The notes: a model not told the origin generated them from the sequence alone. Numbered from the whole stretch's first letter, positions 11,624 through 25,201 are shown. The stretch: 63,328 bases of DNA, filler included, from Nemertoderma westbladi (GCA_032718475.1; 4 parts of 4 records of this genome joined end to end with filler, not necessarily neighbours in it), one strand, 5' to 3'. A program made the numbers and translations.

Positions 11624-13868
11624 AATTATTATTTCGGGTTCCCGATTTATTATCTCGGGATCCTGACTTATTATCTCAGGATCCCGACTTATTATCTCGA
11701 GATCCCGACTTATTATCTCGGGATCCCGAGTTATTATCTCGGGATCCCGACTTATTATCTCGGGATCCCACTTATTATTTCGGGATCCCGACTTATTATC
11801 TCAGGATCCCGACTTATTATCTCGGGATCCCGACTTATTATCTCGGGATCCCGGCTTATTATTTCGGGATCCCGGCTTATTATTTCGGGATCCCGACTTA
11901 TTATCTCGGGAACCCGACTTTTATCTCGGGATCCCGACTTATTATCTCGGGATCCCGAGTTATTATCTCGGGATCCCGACTTATTATCTCGGGATCCCGA
12001 CTTATTATCTCGGGATCCCGACTTATTAGCTCGGGATCCCGGCTTATTATTTCGGGATCCCGGCTTATTATCTAGGGACCCCGAGTTATTATCTCGGGAT
12101 CCCGGCTTATTATTTCGGGATCCCGACTTATTATCTCGGGAACCCGACTTATTATCTCGGGAACCCGACTTTTATCTCGGGATCCCGACTTATTATCTCG
12201 GGATCCCGAGTTATTATCTCGGGATCCCGACTTATTATCTCGGGATCCCGACTTATTATCTCGGGATCCCGACTTATTATCTCGGGATCCCACTTATTAT
12301 TTCGGGATCCCGACTTATTATCTCGGGATCCCGACTTATTATCTCGGAAACCCGACTTTTATCTCGGGATCCCGACTTATTATCTCGGGATCCCGAGTTA
12401 TTATCTCGGGATCCCGACTTATTATCTCGGGATCCCGACTTATTATCTCGGGATCCCGACTTATTATCTCGGGATCCCGACTTATTATCTCGGGATCCCG
12501 ACTTATTAGCTCGGGATCCCGGCTTATTATTTCGGGATCCCGGCTTATTATCTCGGGATCCCGACTTACTATCTCGGGATCCCGACTTATTATCTCGGGA
12601 TCCCGACTTATTATCTCGGGGTCCCGACTTATTATCTCGGGATCCCGACTTATTATCTCGGGATCCCGGCTTATTATTTCGGGATCCCGACTTATTATCT
12701 CGGGATCCCGACTTATTATCTCGGGATCCCGACTTATTATCTCGGGATCCCGAGTTATTATCTCGGGATCCCGACTTATTATCTCGGGATCCCGACTTAT
12801 TATCTCGGGATCCCGGCTTATTATTTCGGGATCCCGGCTTATTATTTCGGGATCCCGACTTATTATCTCGGGAACCCGACTTTTATCTCGGGATCCCGAC
12901 TTATTATCTCGGGATCCCGAGTTATTATCTCGGGATCCCGACTTATTATCTCGGGATCCCGACTTATTATCTCGGGATCCCGACTTATTATCTAGGGACC
13001 CCGAGTTATTATCTCGGGATCCCGGCTTATTATTTCGGGATCCCGACTTATTATCTCGGGATCCCGAGATAATAAGTCGGGATCCCGAGTTATTATCTCG
13101 GGATCCCGACTTATTATCTCGGGATCCCAACTTATTATCTCGGGATCCCGACTTATTATCTAGGGACCCCGAGTTATTATCTCGGGATCCCGGCTTATTA
13201 TTTCGGGATCCCGACTTATTATCTCGGGATCCCGACTTATTATCTCGGGATCCCGACTTATTATCTCGGGATCCCGACTTATTATTTCGGGATCCCGACT
13301 TATTATCTCGGGATCCCGACTTATTATTTCGGGATCCCGACTTATTATCTAGGGACCCCGAGTTATTATCTCGGGATCCCGGCTTATTATTTCGGGATCC
13401 CGACTTATTATTTCGGGATCCCGACTTATTATCTCGGGATCCCGACTTATTATCTAGGGACCCCGAGTTATTATCTCGGGATCCCGGCTTATTATTTCGG
13501 GATCCCGACTTATTATCTCGGGATCCCGACTTATTATCTCGGGATCCCGACTTATTATCTCGGGATCCCGACTTATTATTTCGGGATCCCGACTTATTAT
13601 CTCGGGATCCCGACTTATTATTTCGGGATCCCGACTTATTATCTAGGGACCCCGAGTTATTATCTAGGGACCCCGAGTTATTATCTCGGGATCCCGGCTT
13701 ATTATTTCGGGATCCCGACTTATTATTTCGGGATCCCGACTTATTATCTCGGGATCCCGACTTATTATTTCGGGATCCCGACTTATTATCTCGGGATCCC
13801 GACTTATTATTTCGGGATCCCGACTTATTATCTCGGGATCCCGACTTATTATCTCGGGATCCCGACTT
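11624..13868. repeat. 21-bp minisatellite with a palindromic core (CTTATTATC-TCGGGATCCCGA), about 105 units
   Basis: Direct reading; lies inside the intron of the four-TM gene. Confidence 0.97.
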
Positions 13869-14459
13869 TTCATGTAGGGAAAATGTCCTTAGGGGCTCCT
13901 TTAAAATTTAATAGTAAACATTAATAAAACTACTTTCATTTTAACAGGGCGTGTTTCATGGAGGTTTCATTGCGGAAATGAGTTTGTGTCTTTAGAAACT
14001 TAATGAGTTTTATAATAAGTTTTCTTTGACATCCTGTCAGGAAACTCATTTTGTTTGTACATAATTAGACGTTTGGTCGAGTAGAAAGTGATATGTCCGT
14101 CAGAGTGTTATTGTTACGTTTAGAATGCAGATGTTATATTTATTAAATGAAGTCAAAGCCCATAGAGAATAAGATATAATCTTACCATACAAAATCAAAC
14201 CCTATTCAGTTGATGCGAAAAGGTATAGATCTAATTACAATCTCTCCAGTTACTATTAAAGCGATCATAGGAAGCCTCTCACTTGGAAGGTCTCCGGATA
14301 TCAAATCACTGGTTGTGGAACATTTTTTGCATTCAAATCCAGAAATAATTTGTAACTCGATTTCTATATAATAAATTCCAGTTTGGCCCTCAGGTCAGGT
14401 TCCTAGGTCATTTGGTACAACGATAATTTCGCACTTCTAAAAGGGAAAGGCCAGAGACT

Positions 14460-15430
14460 CATCATTAAGTTACATTGCTACAGTTAGCCTCCTGGCTAAA
14501 GTATTTGAAGGTGTAATGCTGAAGTTATTCTTACAGGACGACTTGTCTAAATCCAGAAACTTGAGTGACTACCAATATGGGTTTAAGAAGAATATTAGTT
14601 CGGATATGGTCATTGAAGCAGTCCTAGAATGTATCGAATTCTATCGAATACGAGACTCACCAATAATGTTTCCCAACTAGACATAAATTCCGCATTTGAT
14701 GATGTTGATCACAGTGTTTTGTTCACAAATCTAAAGGACATATTAAATCCACATGTGGCGCTCGTCTTATTAGATTATTACGCACAAACCTTGGTTTTTC
14801 TAAGATTTGATGATACTAGTTTCCTCTGGGGAGTAAAGTCCTGGGGGGGCCGCACTGGAAATAAGTCATCAGACTTTGTGCGTCATCCCTGACCTAGTGG
14901 CCGAAAAAAATTTCACTTCCGCTTTCCAGTGAAGCTTAAAAGTCAATAGTTGGACTCATATTAAGACTGAAAGAATGCCCGAGTATTCCGCTCCAATCAG
15001 GTTTGAGTATTATGTTACAACAACCACGAGGTAACTCGAAACACAATGGGATACGTAGTCTGTATCGCAATGCCACGCTATCCTTTCCCCTGCCAGACCT
15101 CAAATCATTGACAACCTATAATTATAGTAGGAATATTCTATACTCACGATTCCAGTCCCAACCACCATCATGGTGTACAAAGAATAATGGTGAATTCATA
15201 TCGAGCTGCCTCGAGCAGACAAACATTCCGTTCGCTGTGAGACACGACCGCATACTGGAATTCCATGGAATCCGATAAATACAAACTTTCCTATTGGTTG
15301 AAACCCTCCCCCGCCCCGTGCTGCATTATAAACTTTGAATACGTGTTTTAATTTATGATTTTACTGCCTTAGACGCTTTTAATTATTTTAAACATTAAGT
15401 TTTTAATTAGTGAATGTATAACTAAATAAA
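14460..15430 (+). mobile_element. degraded non-LTR retrotransposon (LINE) RT fragment
   Basis: Motifs LLAKVFE, QYGFKK and DINSAFDDVDH in shifting frames; A-rich end near 15430. Confidence 0.7.
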
Positions 15431-15643
15431 TAAATTCCGGTTTGACCGGATGCTTGCGCCTTCGTGCGCTCGATTATAGTATCGTAGTATATTTTACTCC
15501 AAGATCTGGTTCAGTCTAAATATTTTTTGGTAGAATGATAACTTTTCATTTAGTTACTTTAATTTCGGGACTTCAGTTCACTTCTTCGAATCTCCAAATT
15601 TTAGTGAGTCGTAGAGCACTTAGCACTTAGGTACAGCACTTAC

Positions 15644-15991
15644 CTTGCTTGGGATAAATCCAGAAATATCCATTCCTGTAATAACAGCCAAGTATATAGT
15701 AATAGCCAATAAAACGGACGAAATAGCGATTATGGCGAATAATGACATCTTCTTATACGGTCTATCGTTGAAGACGGCTAGCCCGATATTGCGTGTCCAG
15801 TAACCCATCCCGGCGGTACCTAGACCTAACCAGACCCCGTAACCCATATAGGACTGCCTGATCAGGTCGGGTTTCGAGTGGTATTCTTGGACGACGGATA
15901 TACCGACAGCGAACATGGCAATTCCGGACATGATATCCATCAAACTGAATATCATCAGCGGCGAACACGAATACGTATATCGTATCCCCAT
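15644..15991 (-). CDS. exon 1 of the predicted four-TM membrane protein (about 346 aa spliced)
   Basis: ATG at 15991; three hydrophobic segments including GYGVWLGLGTAGMG; phase-0 donor AAG|gtaagt at 15644. Confidence 0.75.
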
Positions 15992-16890
15992 AGTTTAGTT
16001 TTGTAACGAATTAATGGAAGATAATTCTAATTCACATTCTGTAAATCTACAGATTATTTAAGATATAAAAAATGAATATCATGTAAATACTTTATCTGAA
16101 AATTCCACATTTTCTGACTAAAATTGGTAGAAAACAGTGCAGGAATGTGTATTTTCACTCTGTATTATTTTACACCACTGTAAAAGTGATGGGAAGTAGG
16201 GAATATAGCTCAGTTAAATACAACATTTATAAAGATCGTCATAATTTGTATTTTGTAAAACAACATTTTGTAAAATAGAGAATATAAAATATGTATATTT
16301 AGTTTAGATGATAATTGTAAAAAATATATTATTATTAATAATAATAATTATTATAATTATAATTATCAGTAGTCCTACTGAAAGTAATAATTAAGCGTCA
16401 GCGCAGGTATTGATATACTTATAATGTAAATTAAATGTAAAATTAGTACTAATAAATAATTCGTTTAATCTATCAGATACAATAGTGTATTAGAACTAAT
16501 TTAAGTTAATTTCATTAACGATGTATAATTTCAGTTGACTGAATTTCAGATATTCTGCCCTCGTGTAGGCCTATTGAATTTTGCACTCGATTGCATTTTT
16601 GCACCTGCAAACTCGTGCAAACCTCAATGCTCAATACACTCGGACAGCATACAGAGTAGTTGAATTCATTCGATTGAAATTAATGAGAAAAAGTACTTCT
16701 TCTTATCGAAGAATATTACTTTCAATCAGTAGGCTAAGCCTCACTCTATTTAAAAATAAAATTCCATAAGAAATACAAATTTTTATAGAATACATGTATT
16801 TTTTTTTAGTATTCTGGTAAATATAAGCAAGGATTAATAGTTTGTTTAGTAAATTCATTTTCCTTTTCTTTTCATCCAACCAACTGCCAG

Positions 16891-17018
16891 ATCGAAATTC
16901 TTCTTATTTCATTCGTTAGAGGAAAATTATTGTACTACTGTGAACAACAATTATTTGTATCATTTCACAATGACTACAGCACTCCGTGAAGAAACTTTAC
17001 ATATTTACCGCTTTAACG
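16891..17018 (+). CDS. candidate internal exon of an unidentified gene
   Basis: Polypyrimidine tract plus ccag acceptor, 42 open codons (SKFFLFHSLEENY..HIYRFN), donor G|gtaatg; joins in frame to 17443. Confidence 0.5.
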
Positions 17019-17442
17019 GTAATGATTTATTTATATCAATAGTTTAATATACTAAGTAGGCTTGCAAACAAATAACTATTATAATAATACCGCATTTTAA
17101 TGAAGTTAACAGTATTTTAATATTCCCATTGAAAGAAAAGAAATTAAAACGCAGGTATCCATCAATATCTACAGATTTAATAAATATTCGAAGATCAGTT
17201 TTTAATTAATTAATTAATTATTCGCGTGCAATATGAATTACTATCGTAAAAGTTGGCATCCCATATAACAATATATTATTATAATTAACCCAATAAATTA
17301 CGAACGACTCACATTCAATCAATGTTAAACTTAATTAATATGAAAGGTTATTTATTGCCAAGGTTAAGAGATAATGGTCATCATATTATAAATAATATGA
17401 TATTTAATATGATGGGCATTATTCTACAACGCAATGTTGCAG

Positions 17443-17511
17443 AACTACACCGTAACCCAAAATATATATCTAATGGAACCTTAATACGGACTTGGAATAT
17501 GCACCGTTATG
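17443..17511 (+). CDS. candidate internal exon of the same unidentified gene
   Basis: ttgcag| acceptor, only one open frame (ELHRNPKYISNGTLIRTWNMHRY), donor G|gtgact coincides with the first satellite unit. Confidence 0.45.
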
Positions 17512-20500
17512 GTGACTGTGTGTGTCTGCACCGTTATGGTGACTGTGTGTGTCTGCACCGTTATGGTGACTGTCTGTCTACACCGTTATGGTGACTGTGT
17601 GTGTCTGCACCGTTATGGTGACTGTGTGTGTCTGCACCGTTATGGTGACTGTCTGTCTACACCGTTATGGTGACTGTGTGTGTCTGCACCGTTATGGTGA
17701 CTGTGTGTATCTGCACCGTTATGGTGACTGTCTGTCTGCACCGTTATGGTGACTGTGTGTGTCTGCACCGTTATGGTGACTGTGTGTGTCTGCACCGTTA
17801 TGGTGACTGTGTCTGTCTGCACCGTTATGGTGACTGTGTGTGTCTGCACCGTTATGGTGACTGTGTGTGTCTGCACCGTTATGGTGACTGTGTGTGTCTG
17901 CACCGTTATGGTGACTGTGTGTGTCTCACCGTTATGGTGACTGTGTGTGTCTGCACCGTTATGGTGACTGTGTGTGTCTGCACCGTTATGGTGACTGTGT
18001 GTGTCTGCACCGTTATGGTGACTGTGTGTGTCTGCACCGTTATGGTGACTGTGTGTGTCTGCACCGTTATGGTGACTGTGTGTGTCTGCACCGTTATGGT
18101 GACTGTGTGTGTCTGCACCGTTATGGTGACTGTGTGTGTCTGCACCGTTATGGTGACTGTGTGTGTCTGCACCGTTATGGTGACTGTGTGTGTCTGCACC
18201 GTTATGGTGACTGTGTGTGTCTGCACCGTTATGGTGACTGTGTGTGTCTGCACCGTTATGGTGACTGTGTGTGTCTGCACCGTTATGGTGACTGTGTGTC
18301 TGCACCGTTATGGTGACTGTGTGTGTCTGCACCGTTATGGTGACTGTGTGTCTGCACCGTTATGGTGACTGTGTGTGTCTGCACCGTTATTGCGACTGTG
18401 TGTGTCTGCACCGTTATGGTGACTGTGTGTGTCTGCACCGTTATGGTGACTGTGTGTGTCTGCACCGTTATGGTGACTGTGTGTGTCTGCACCGTTATTG
18501 CGACTGTGTGTGTCTGCACCGTTATGGTGACTGTGTGTGCCTGCACTGTTATTGCGACTGTGTGTTTCTGCACCGTTATGGTGACTGTGTGTTTCTGCAC
18601 CGTTATGGTGACTGTGTGTGTCTGCACCGTTATAGTGACTGTGTGTCTGCACCGTTATGGTGACTGTGTGTGTCTGCACCGTTATGGTGACTGTGTGTGC
18701 CTGCACCGCTATTGTGACGGGGTGTTTCTGCACCGTTATGGTGACTGTGTGTGTCTGCACCGTTATGGTGACTGTCTGTCTGCACCGTTATGGTGACTGT
18801 GTGTCTGCACCGTTATGGTGACTGTGTGTGTCTGCACCGTTATGGTGACTGTGTGTGTCTGCACCGTTATGGTGACTGTCTGTCTACACCGTTATGGTGA
18901 CTGTGTGTGTCTGCACCGTTATTGTGACTGTGTGTGTCTGTACCGTTATGGTGACTGTCTGTCTACACCGTTATGGTGACTGTGTGTGTCTGCACCGTTA
19001 TGGTGACTGTGTGTGTCTGCACCGTTATGGTGACTGTCTGTCTGCACCGTTATGGTGACTGTGTGTGTCTGCACCGTTATGGTGACTGTGTGTGTCTGCA
19101 CCGTTATGGTGACTGTGTCTGTCTGCACCGTTATGGTGACTGTGTGTGTCTGCACCGTTATGGTGACTGTGTGTCTGCACCGTTATGGTGACTGTCTGTC
19201 TGCACCGTTATGGTGACTGTGTGTGTCTGCACCGTTATGGTGACTGTGTGTGTCTGCACCGTTATGGTAACTGTGTGTGTCTGCACCGTTATGGTGACTG
19301 TGTGTGTCTGCACCGTTATGGTGACTGTGTGTGTCTGCACCGTTATGGTGACTGTGTGTGTCTGCACCGTTATGGTGACTGTGTGTGTCTGCACCGTTAT
19401 GGTGACTGTGTGTGTCTGCACCGTTATGGTGACTGTGTGTGTCTGCACCGTTATGGTGACTGTGTGTGTCTGCACCGTTATGGTGACTGTGTGTGTCTGC
19501 ACCGTTATGGTGACTGTGTGTGTCTGCACCGTTATGGTGACTGTGTGTGTCTGCACCGTTATGGTGACTGTGTGTGTCTGCACCGTTATGGTGACTGTGT
19601 GTGTCTGCACCGTTATGGTGACTGTGTGTGTCTGCACCGTTATTGCGACTGTGTGTGTCTGCACCGTTATGGTGACTGTGTGTGTCTGCACCGTTATGGT
19701 GACTGTGTGTGTTTGCACCGTTATAGTGACTGTGTGTGTCTGCACCGTTATGGTGACTGTGTGTGTCTGCACCGTTATGGTGACTGTGTGTGTCTGCACC
19801 GTTATGGTGACTGTGTGTGTCTGCACCGTTATGGTGACTGTGTGTGTCTCACCGTTATGGTGACTGTGTGTGTCTGCACCGTTATGGTGACTGTGTGTGT
19901 CTGCACCGTTATGGTGACTGTGTGTGTCTGCACCGTTATGGTGACTGTGTGTGTCTGCACCGTTATGGTGACTGTGTGTTTCTGCACCGTTATGGTGACT
20001 GTGTGTGTCTGCACCGTTATGGTGACTGTCTGTCTGCACCGTTATGGTGACTGTGTGTCTGCACCGTTATGGTGACTGTGTGTGTCTGCACCGTTATGGT
20101 GACTGTGTGTGTCTGCACCGTTATGGTGTCTGTGTGTCTACACCGTTATGGTGACTGTGTGTGTGTCTGCACCGTTACACCGTTATGATAACTGTGTGTC
20201 TGCACCGTACTGTAATAATGGTGACTGTCTGTATGTCTGCACCGTTATGGTGACTGTGTGTGTCTGCCGTTATGGTAACTGTGTGTCTGCACCGTAATGG
20301 TGACATGTGTGTGTCTGCACACTACTGTAATAATGGTGTATGTATGTCTGCACCGTAATGGTGACTGTCTGTCTGCACCATAATGGTGATTGGGTATCTA
20401 CACCGTAATGGTAACTGTGTGTGTGTCTGCAACATACTGTAATAATGGTGACTATCTGTCTGCACCGTAATGGCGACTGTCTGTCTGCACCGTAATGGCG

Positions 20501-21020
20501 ACTGTCTGTCTGCACCGTAATGGTGACTCTGTGTGTGTCTGCACCGTAATGGTGACTGGGTATCTACTAGTAATTGTGTGTGTCTGCAGCATACTGTAAT
20601 AATGGTGACTGTCTGTCTGTCTGCACCGTTATGGTGACTGTGTGTGTCTGCATGCTACTGAAATAATTATGACTGTCTGTCTGCACCGTAATGGTGACTG
20701 CCTGTCTGCACCGTAATGGTGACTCTGTGTGTGTCTGCACCGTAATGGTGACTGGGTATCTACTAGTAATTGTGTGTGTCTGCACCGTACTGTAATAATG
20801 GTGACTGTCTGTCTGCACCGTTATGGTGACTGTGTATCTGCATCCTACTGTATTAATGGTGACTGTGCACCGTAATGGTGACTCTGTGTGTGTCTGCACC
20901 GTACTGTAATAATGGTGACTGTGCACCGTAATGGTGACTCTGTGTGTGTCTGCACCGTACTGTAATAATGTTGACTGTATGTCTGTCTGCATCGTAATGG
21001 TGAATAGGTGGGTATCTGCT
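17500..21020 (+). repeat. 27-bp satellite (TGCACCGTTATG-GTGACTGTGTGTGTC), homogeneous to about 20120 then degenerate
   Basis: Direct reading; 25- and 26-bp variants arise mainly in the (GT)n tract. Confidence 0.97.
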
Positions 21021-21074
21021 AAAATGAAAAATAGCAATAATTTTTGTCATTGTTCACAGATAATTATTTATGTG

Positions 21075-21300
21075 CAGCAGCTTGGTCCAGTGGTGTGTGG
21101 TGACATTCCTGGGCTTCCAATTAGGGAGCCCTGGTTCGATCCCTAGATGGGGCAGAACTGTTTGGGCGCATCCTTCAGTGGTCGATAAATGGGAACCAAG
21201 GCAACTTGGGAAACAAAGTGGAAGGGTTTACTGTGGAAGATCACCCATGGTGCGGTGGTGAACAGGCATTCCTTGGCTTAAAGAGCCTAAAAGATTCACC
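21075..21300 (+). mobile_element. tRNA-derived SINE
   Basis: TGGTCCAGTGG (A-box-like) and GGTTCGATCC (B box), followed by a non-tRNA body containing GGTCGATAAATG. Confidence 0.6.
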
Positions 21301-21456
21301 CATTCATAATCAATTATTTCGCTCCAGTATAAAATTTATGTTAATAAATGAAAGCAACATTTAATCTGACATAAAAGTTCTGATTAAACGGAAGTTTTAC
21401 CTCGGGACGTAATCTTAGTAACATGCTACCCATGGGTAGTGAATGACTCGACATAT

Positions 21457-21890
21457 GGGGCCGTCCAAGTATGACGTCTGCACTTTTCCCCAAAATGTTG
21501 ACCCCCTCCCTCCCCTAAATCAGATGTCATCAGATAGGCGTTGATAACCCCCCTCCCCTAAATCAGATTAAAAAAAAAATTTGTAACAACCTATTATATT
21601 ATGAAGATTAATTATAATCACTTGTAAATCATTAAATTATTATTTTTAATCAAATTATGAATTATATAATTATAGTAAATTATTAATTTATATTATAATA
21701 TAATAATAGTTATTCAATCAGCCAGGGACTGAATCTATCTTCAATAGCTATATCTCTTCTAGCACCTATAAATGAAGATGCTGACGTCAGATTTTGGCTG
21801 ACCCCCTCCCCTCCCCTCATCAGCACGTCATCAGATTTTCCCAACCCCCCTCCCCCCCCTAAAGTGCTGACGTCATACTTGGACGGCCCC
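21457..21890. mobile_element. MITE with about 30-bp terminal inverted repeats
   Basis: GGGGCCGTCCAAGTATGACGTCTGCACTTT ... AAAGTGCTGACGTCATACTTGGACGGCCCC; AT-rich non-coding interior. Confidence 0.85.
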
Positions 21891-22316
21891 AATTCAATCA
21901 ATCAATGAATGTTGACGTGGCCTACAGCCGAACTATATTATCATCAGTCAGCATTATGCAATAAGCTCTTCATTAATTCCACTTCTGTGTCTCTTAAAAC
22001 AGCGGTTGTTGCTTTATTAATACGTTTGCACAGCGCTAATGAACATGAAACCTAATGAGCAAGCCAATCGATTTTTTAAATTCAGTTGTGGTTGTGGGGC
22101 GAGTAGCTTAGCATAGTTTACGGACCAAATCGATATTGCCTGTCTGACAGTCTGTACGTTTATCTGACTCAATGTTTAAATGTCAATATCCTAGAAACAC
22201 GACTCCATGTGCTGTTGATACCAATGCCTATTTGGACTGTATTATCAACTGTGATCACGGTTTGATCTCAATCTACACAAACACCAGTATTAGCCTATTA
22301 TATTGTATTACCACAG

Positions 22317-22519
22317 GTGATTGATAAGGAAGAAAATTTGGCGACTGAAAAAATGCCATTTGATCCCTTGAATATAGTCAGAGATGTTTATGAGGATAAA
22401 AGTCGCGCTAATTGGCTTAATAACATCGCAAAAGTGTTGGATGACGCAATGGTTCAACCGGAAGTAGTTAGTCAGACACTGGATCTAGTTTCAATAGCTC
22501 ACACCGCGATAAGGAACAG
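22317..22519 (+). CDS. candidate internal exon of an unidentified gene
   Basis: ttaccacag|GTG acceptor, 67 open codons (VIDKEENLATEKMPF..AIRN), donor AG|gttagt; the other two frames stop at once. Confidence 0.6.
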
Positions 22520-23269
22520 GTTAGTTTCAATTGATTTGTATCGTATCAGATTTGTCGACCTCAAAAAATGTAGGTTCCCAAAAAATATATTATCAAAAAT
22601 ATTATATCGTAAACTTTTGTGATTTTTTAAGTAAAAGAAATAAATTGATTTCACCTAAAATCAATACAACAATCCCAATTTTATTATGTGAAAAATCTTC
22701 GTAAAAATTAATGGAAATTATTAAATTTCCTTTTAGTAGTATTGTGTAATTTTTTAGCATTAGTTTTAGTTACCAATATGAGGGGCAATTTTTGATATGG
22801 GACTTTTAGTTATCGAGATCGAGCAATTAATAATATGTGACAGGTCATTGAAAATTGTATTAATTTTTCATTGAATTTCAGCTTATTGTACATTTATTAA
22901 AATTATTCTGGAACATTAATAATTTGCTACTTACTCATCCTTAGACTGCACGTGTTAAGTTAGGCCTTTATTGTGCAAATTTACGCAGAATTTCTATGGA
23001 TAAATGACAGTGGCAGGCGAGTAAGTACCTCCGACCACTTAGAGATTTACTTAAAAATATAACCCAATGGATAGACAGAACTATTTTGGATATTTATTTA
23101 CACCTTTTATAAACCGATGTAAGTCACATGTTTATTTATAATTGCACCGAGGCCATATTATAAAAGTTGCAAGATATTTCTTTCAGTTTTTTGTTAACCC
23201 TAATTTTCTCTCATTATCGATAAGTTTCTTCCCACTTTCCCTTTTTACTCCCTTTATGTTTTCCCTATT

Positions 23270-24120
23270 TTATTTTCCTACCTTCCCCCTTGCCCCCCGT
23301 TTCCCCCTTCTATCACCATGTTTCTTCCCCTCCCTTTCCCCCTGTTTATCCCCCTTCTTTGCGCCAAGTTTTTCCCCCTCCCTCGCCCCCTGTTTACCCC
23401 CCTCCCTTGCCCCCTGTTTACTCCGCTCCCTCGCCCCCTGTTTACCCCCCTCCTGTTTCCCCATCTCCCTCAACCTCCTCATCCCCTCCAAACACCGCCG
23501 TTTATGCTCCTCCTTCTTCCTCAGTTTATCCGCTACATTCTCCTCCTGCTTCCGTTTCCGCATCTCCTTCAACTCGATCGCTTCCCCCTTCCTCGCCTCC
23601 AACTCGCCAACCTCCTCGGCGGACCTCCGGAAATGCCGATGATACAGAACCTCCCCGGCACCCGCAACCCCTTCCTCCACCTTAACCAACTGCAGCGCCA
23701 ACCGGGGGCCGATCTCAACCAAACGAACCGCAGACTGCGGGCCGCCGCGCCGAGGCATGGCCGCTTCCGGGACCGCAACCGACTCAACCTCCCCTTCGGA
23801 TTCGCTAGCGTTCCCTCCCGTCTCCATGTAATCTGAAACGCTGGAATAACCGCCCATATCTGGGATCTTTTTAGCGATTCGCATTCGTTTAATAACTCGA
23901 GAAACATTAACGGGAGCCACACGAATCCCGTAATGCCTCATCTCTAATGTGTCAGTCTCGCAGTTGTAACTAAACAAGACACATCGTTTCACCGTGTTCA
24001 GTTTAACAGTTTGAACGTTTATCGAAGGGAACATGTTCTGCAGTGTAGTCGCGGCCAGTCGCCACTGTTTGTTATCTGCGTCGTTCGGGATGTTATTTAG
24101 TACCAACAGCGGCGCCGTTT
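23270..24120 (-). CDS. PPAN: Peter Pan / SSF1 Brix-domain ribosome biogenesis protein, 5' part beyond the contig end
   Basis: PLLVLNN, QNMFPSINV, KRCVLFSY, EMRHY, SAVRLVEIGPRLALQLVKVEEG, GEVLYH motifs typical of Ssf1/PPAN; frame open to the gap. Confidence 0.92.
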
Positions 24121-24220
24121 NNNNNNNNNNNNNNNNNNNNNNNNNNNNNNNNNNNNNNNNNNNNTTAATTAATTAANNNNNNNNNNNNNNNNNNNNNNNN
24201 NNNNNNNNNNNNNNNNNNNN
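24121..24220. other. artificial contig linker
   Basis: N run containing TTAATTAATTAA (stops in all six frames). Confidence 0.97.
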
Positions 24221-24663
24221 CATCACATTGTAAAGTGCTACTTTACACACAAGTATGTAAATAGTTATTACAGTTACGGCTGTTACACCTCGTCAGTAGT
24301 TCACTGCTTATTTATTTAGATTACTTTTATCAAAGAGGCTGTCTAGAGTGTCTAAGTTAAATTTCCTATCTCTAACAGCGGACCTACCGGCGGCCTCAGG
24401 AATGTCAGGCAAAACCAAAATTCCTTTAATTGTTGAAGAGTTGTGGGTGAATGGTTATAATTTTAATAATAGTAAACTGCGCTTTAATCCGAAATGCCAC
24501 GATCTATTTATTATTAATCAAGCAATATAGCTCTAAACTAAAGCATCAGTTACTAACTCTTGACACGTATTTCGGCCATGTACACAAGGACAATGTATAA
24601 TTTTTAGGGGGCAAACAATATCCATCTGTATTGTGTAGAGAGTAGGCCTACGAACTCACTCAC

Positions 24664-24783
24664 CTATTTGTCCACAAGGATAAGTCGGAATACATAAGGA
24701 GGCGTATTCAACCACGGGAAACAATATCTTACAGAAATCACTCATACTCCGTATTAACTCCAGGTGGAGCCACATACTTTCAC
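24664..24783 (-). CDS. SRM: spermidine synthase exon 4
   Basis: tttttag|GT GAA AGT ATG TGG; [18 protein letters not shown]; donor G|gtgagt. Later exons not found before the contig end. Confidence 0.9.
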
Positions 24784-25201
24784 CTAAAAATAACCATGTA
24801 GGCCTACAATAGATGAATAGTTTGAAACTTTGTGACAACGTAACGTTAAACTACGTGTATTATTCCCACCCACACGACGCCTCTCGCTTTAGGTGTTTAG
24901 TTTAGAACATGGTGTAAACGATAAGCAAACAGCCGACAAGTTATAGACGTTAAGGGGAGGACATGTTACAGTGGCATGATATTATAACCAAAAACAATAA
25001 ACCACAGCAGAGTTGTAATTTTTCAACAGTTTCCTTTTTGTCTATAATAACGGTTGTTGACTTTGGTGGTTGTCGGCGTATCGTTTACACCCAGTAATAA
25101 TTGGTAATATAGCCGGTGGGACTGTGCATTTATCATATTATGGTATAATTCATTCATTGGGTACCAAGCCGGGTTTAATTAACTACAGTATTTATACGTA
25201 C

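Noticed and set aside
444-20297. Long repetitive ORFs (SRDTYLVEH, SRDPDLL, HRYGDCV and similar)
   Set aside because: By-products of satellites with 3n units; open in several frames and on both strands.
23142-23922. Pro-rich and other overlapping ORFs
   Set aside because: Antisense or alternative-frame shadows of PPAN.
24121-24220. Gene linkage across the N gaps (for example PPAN next to SRM)
   Set aside because: The linkers are artificial; adjacency is not biological.
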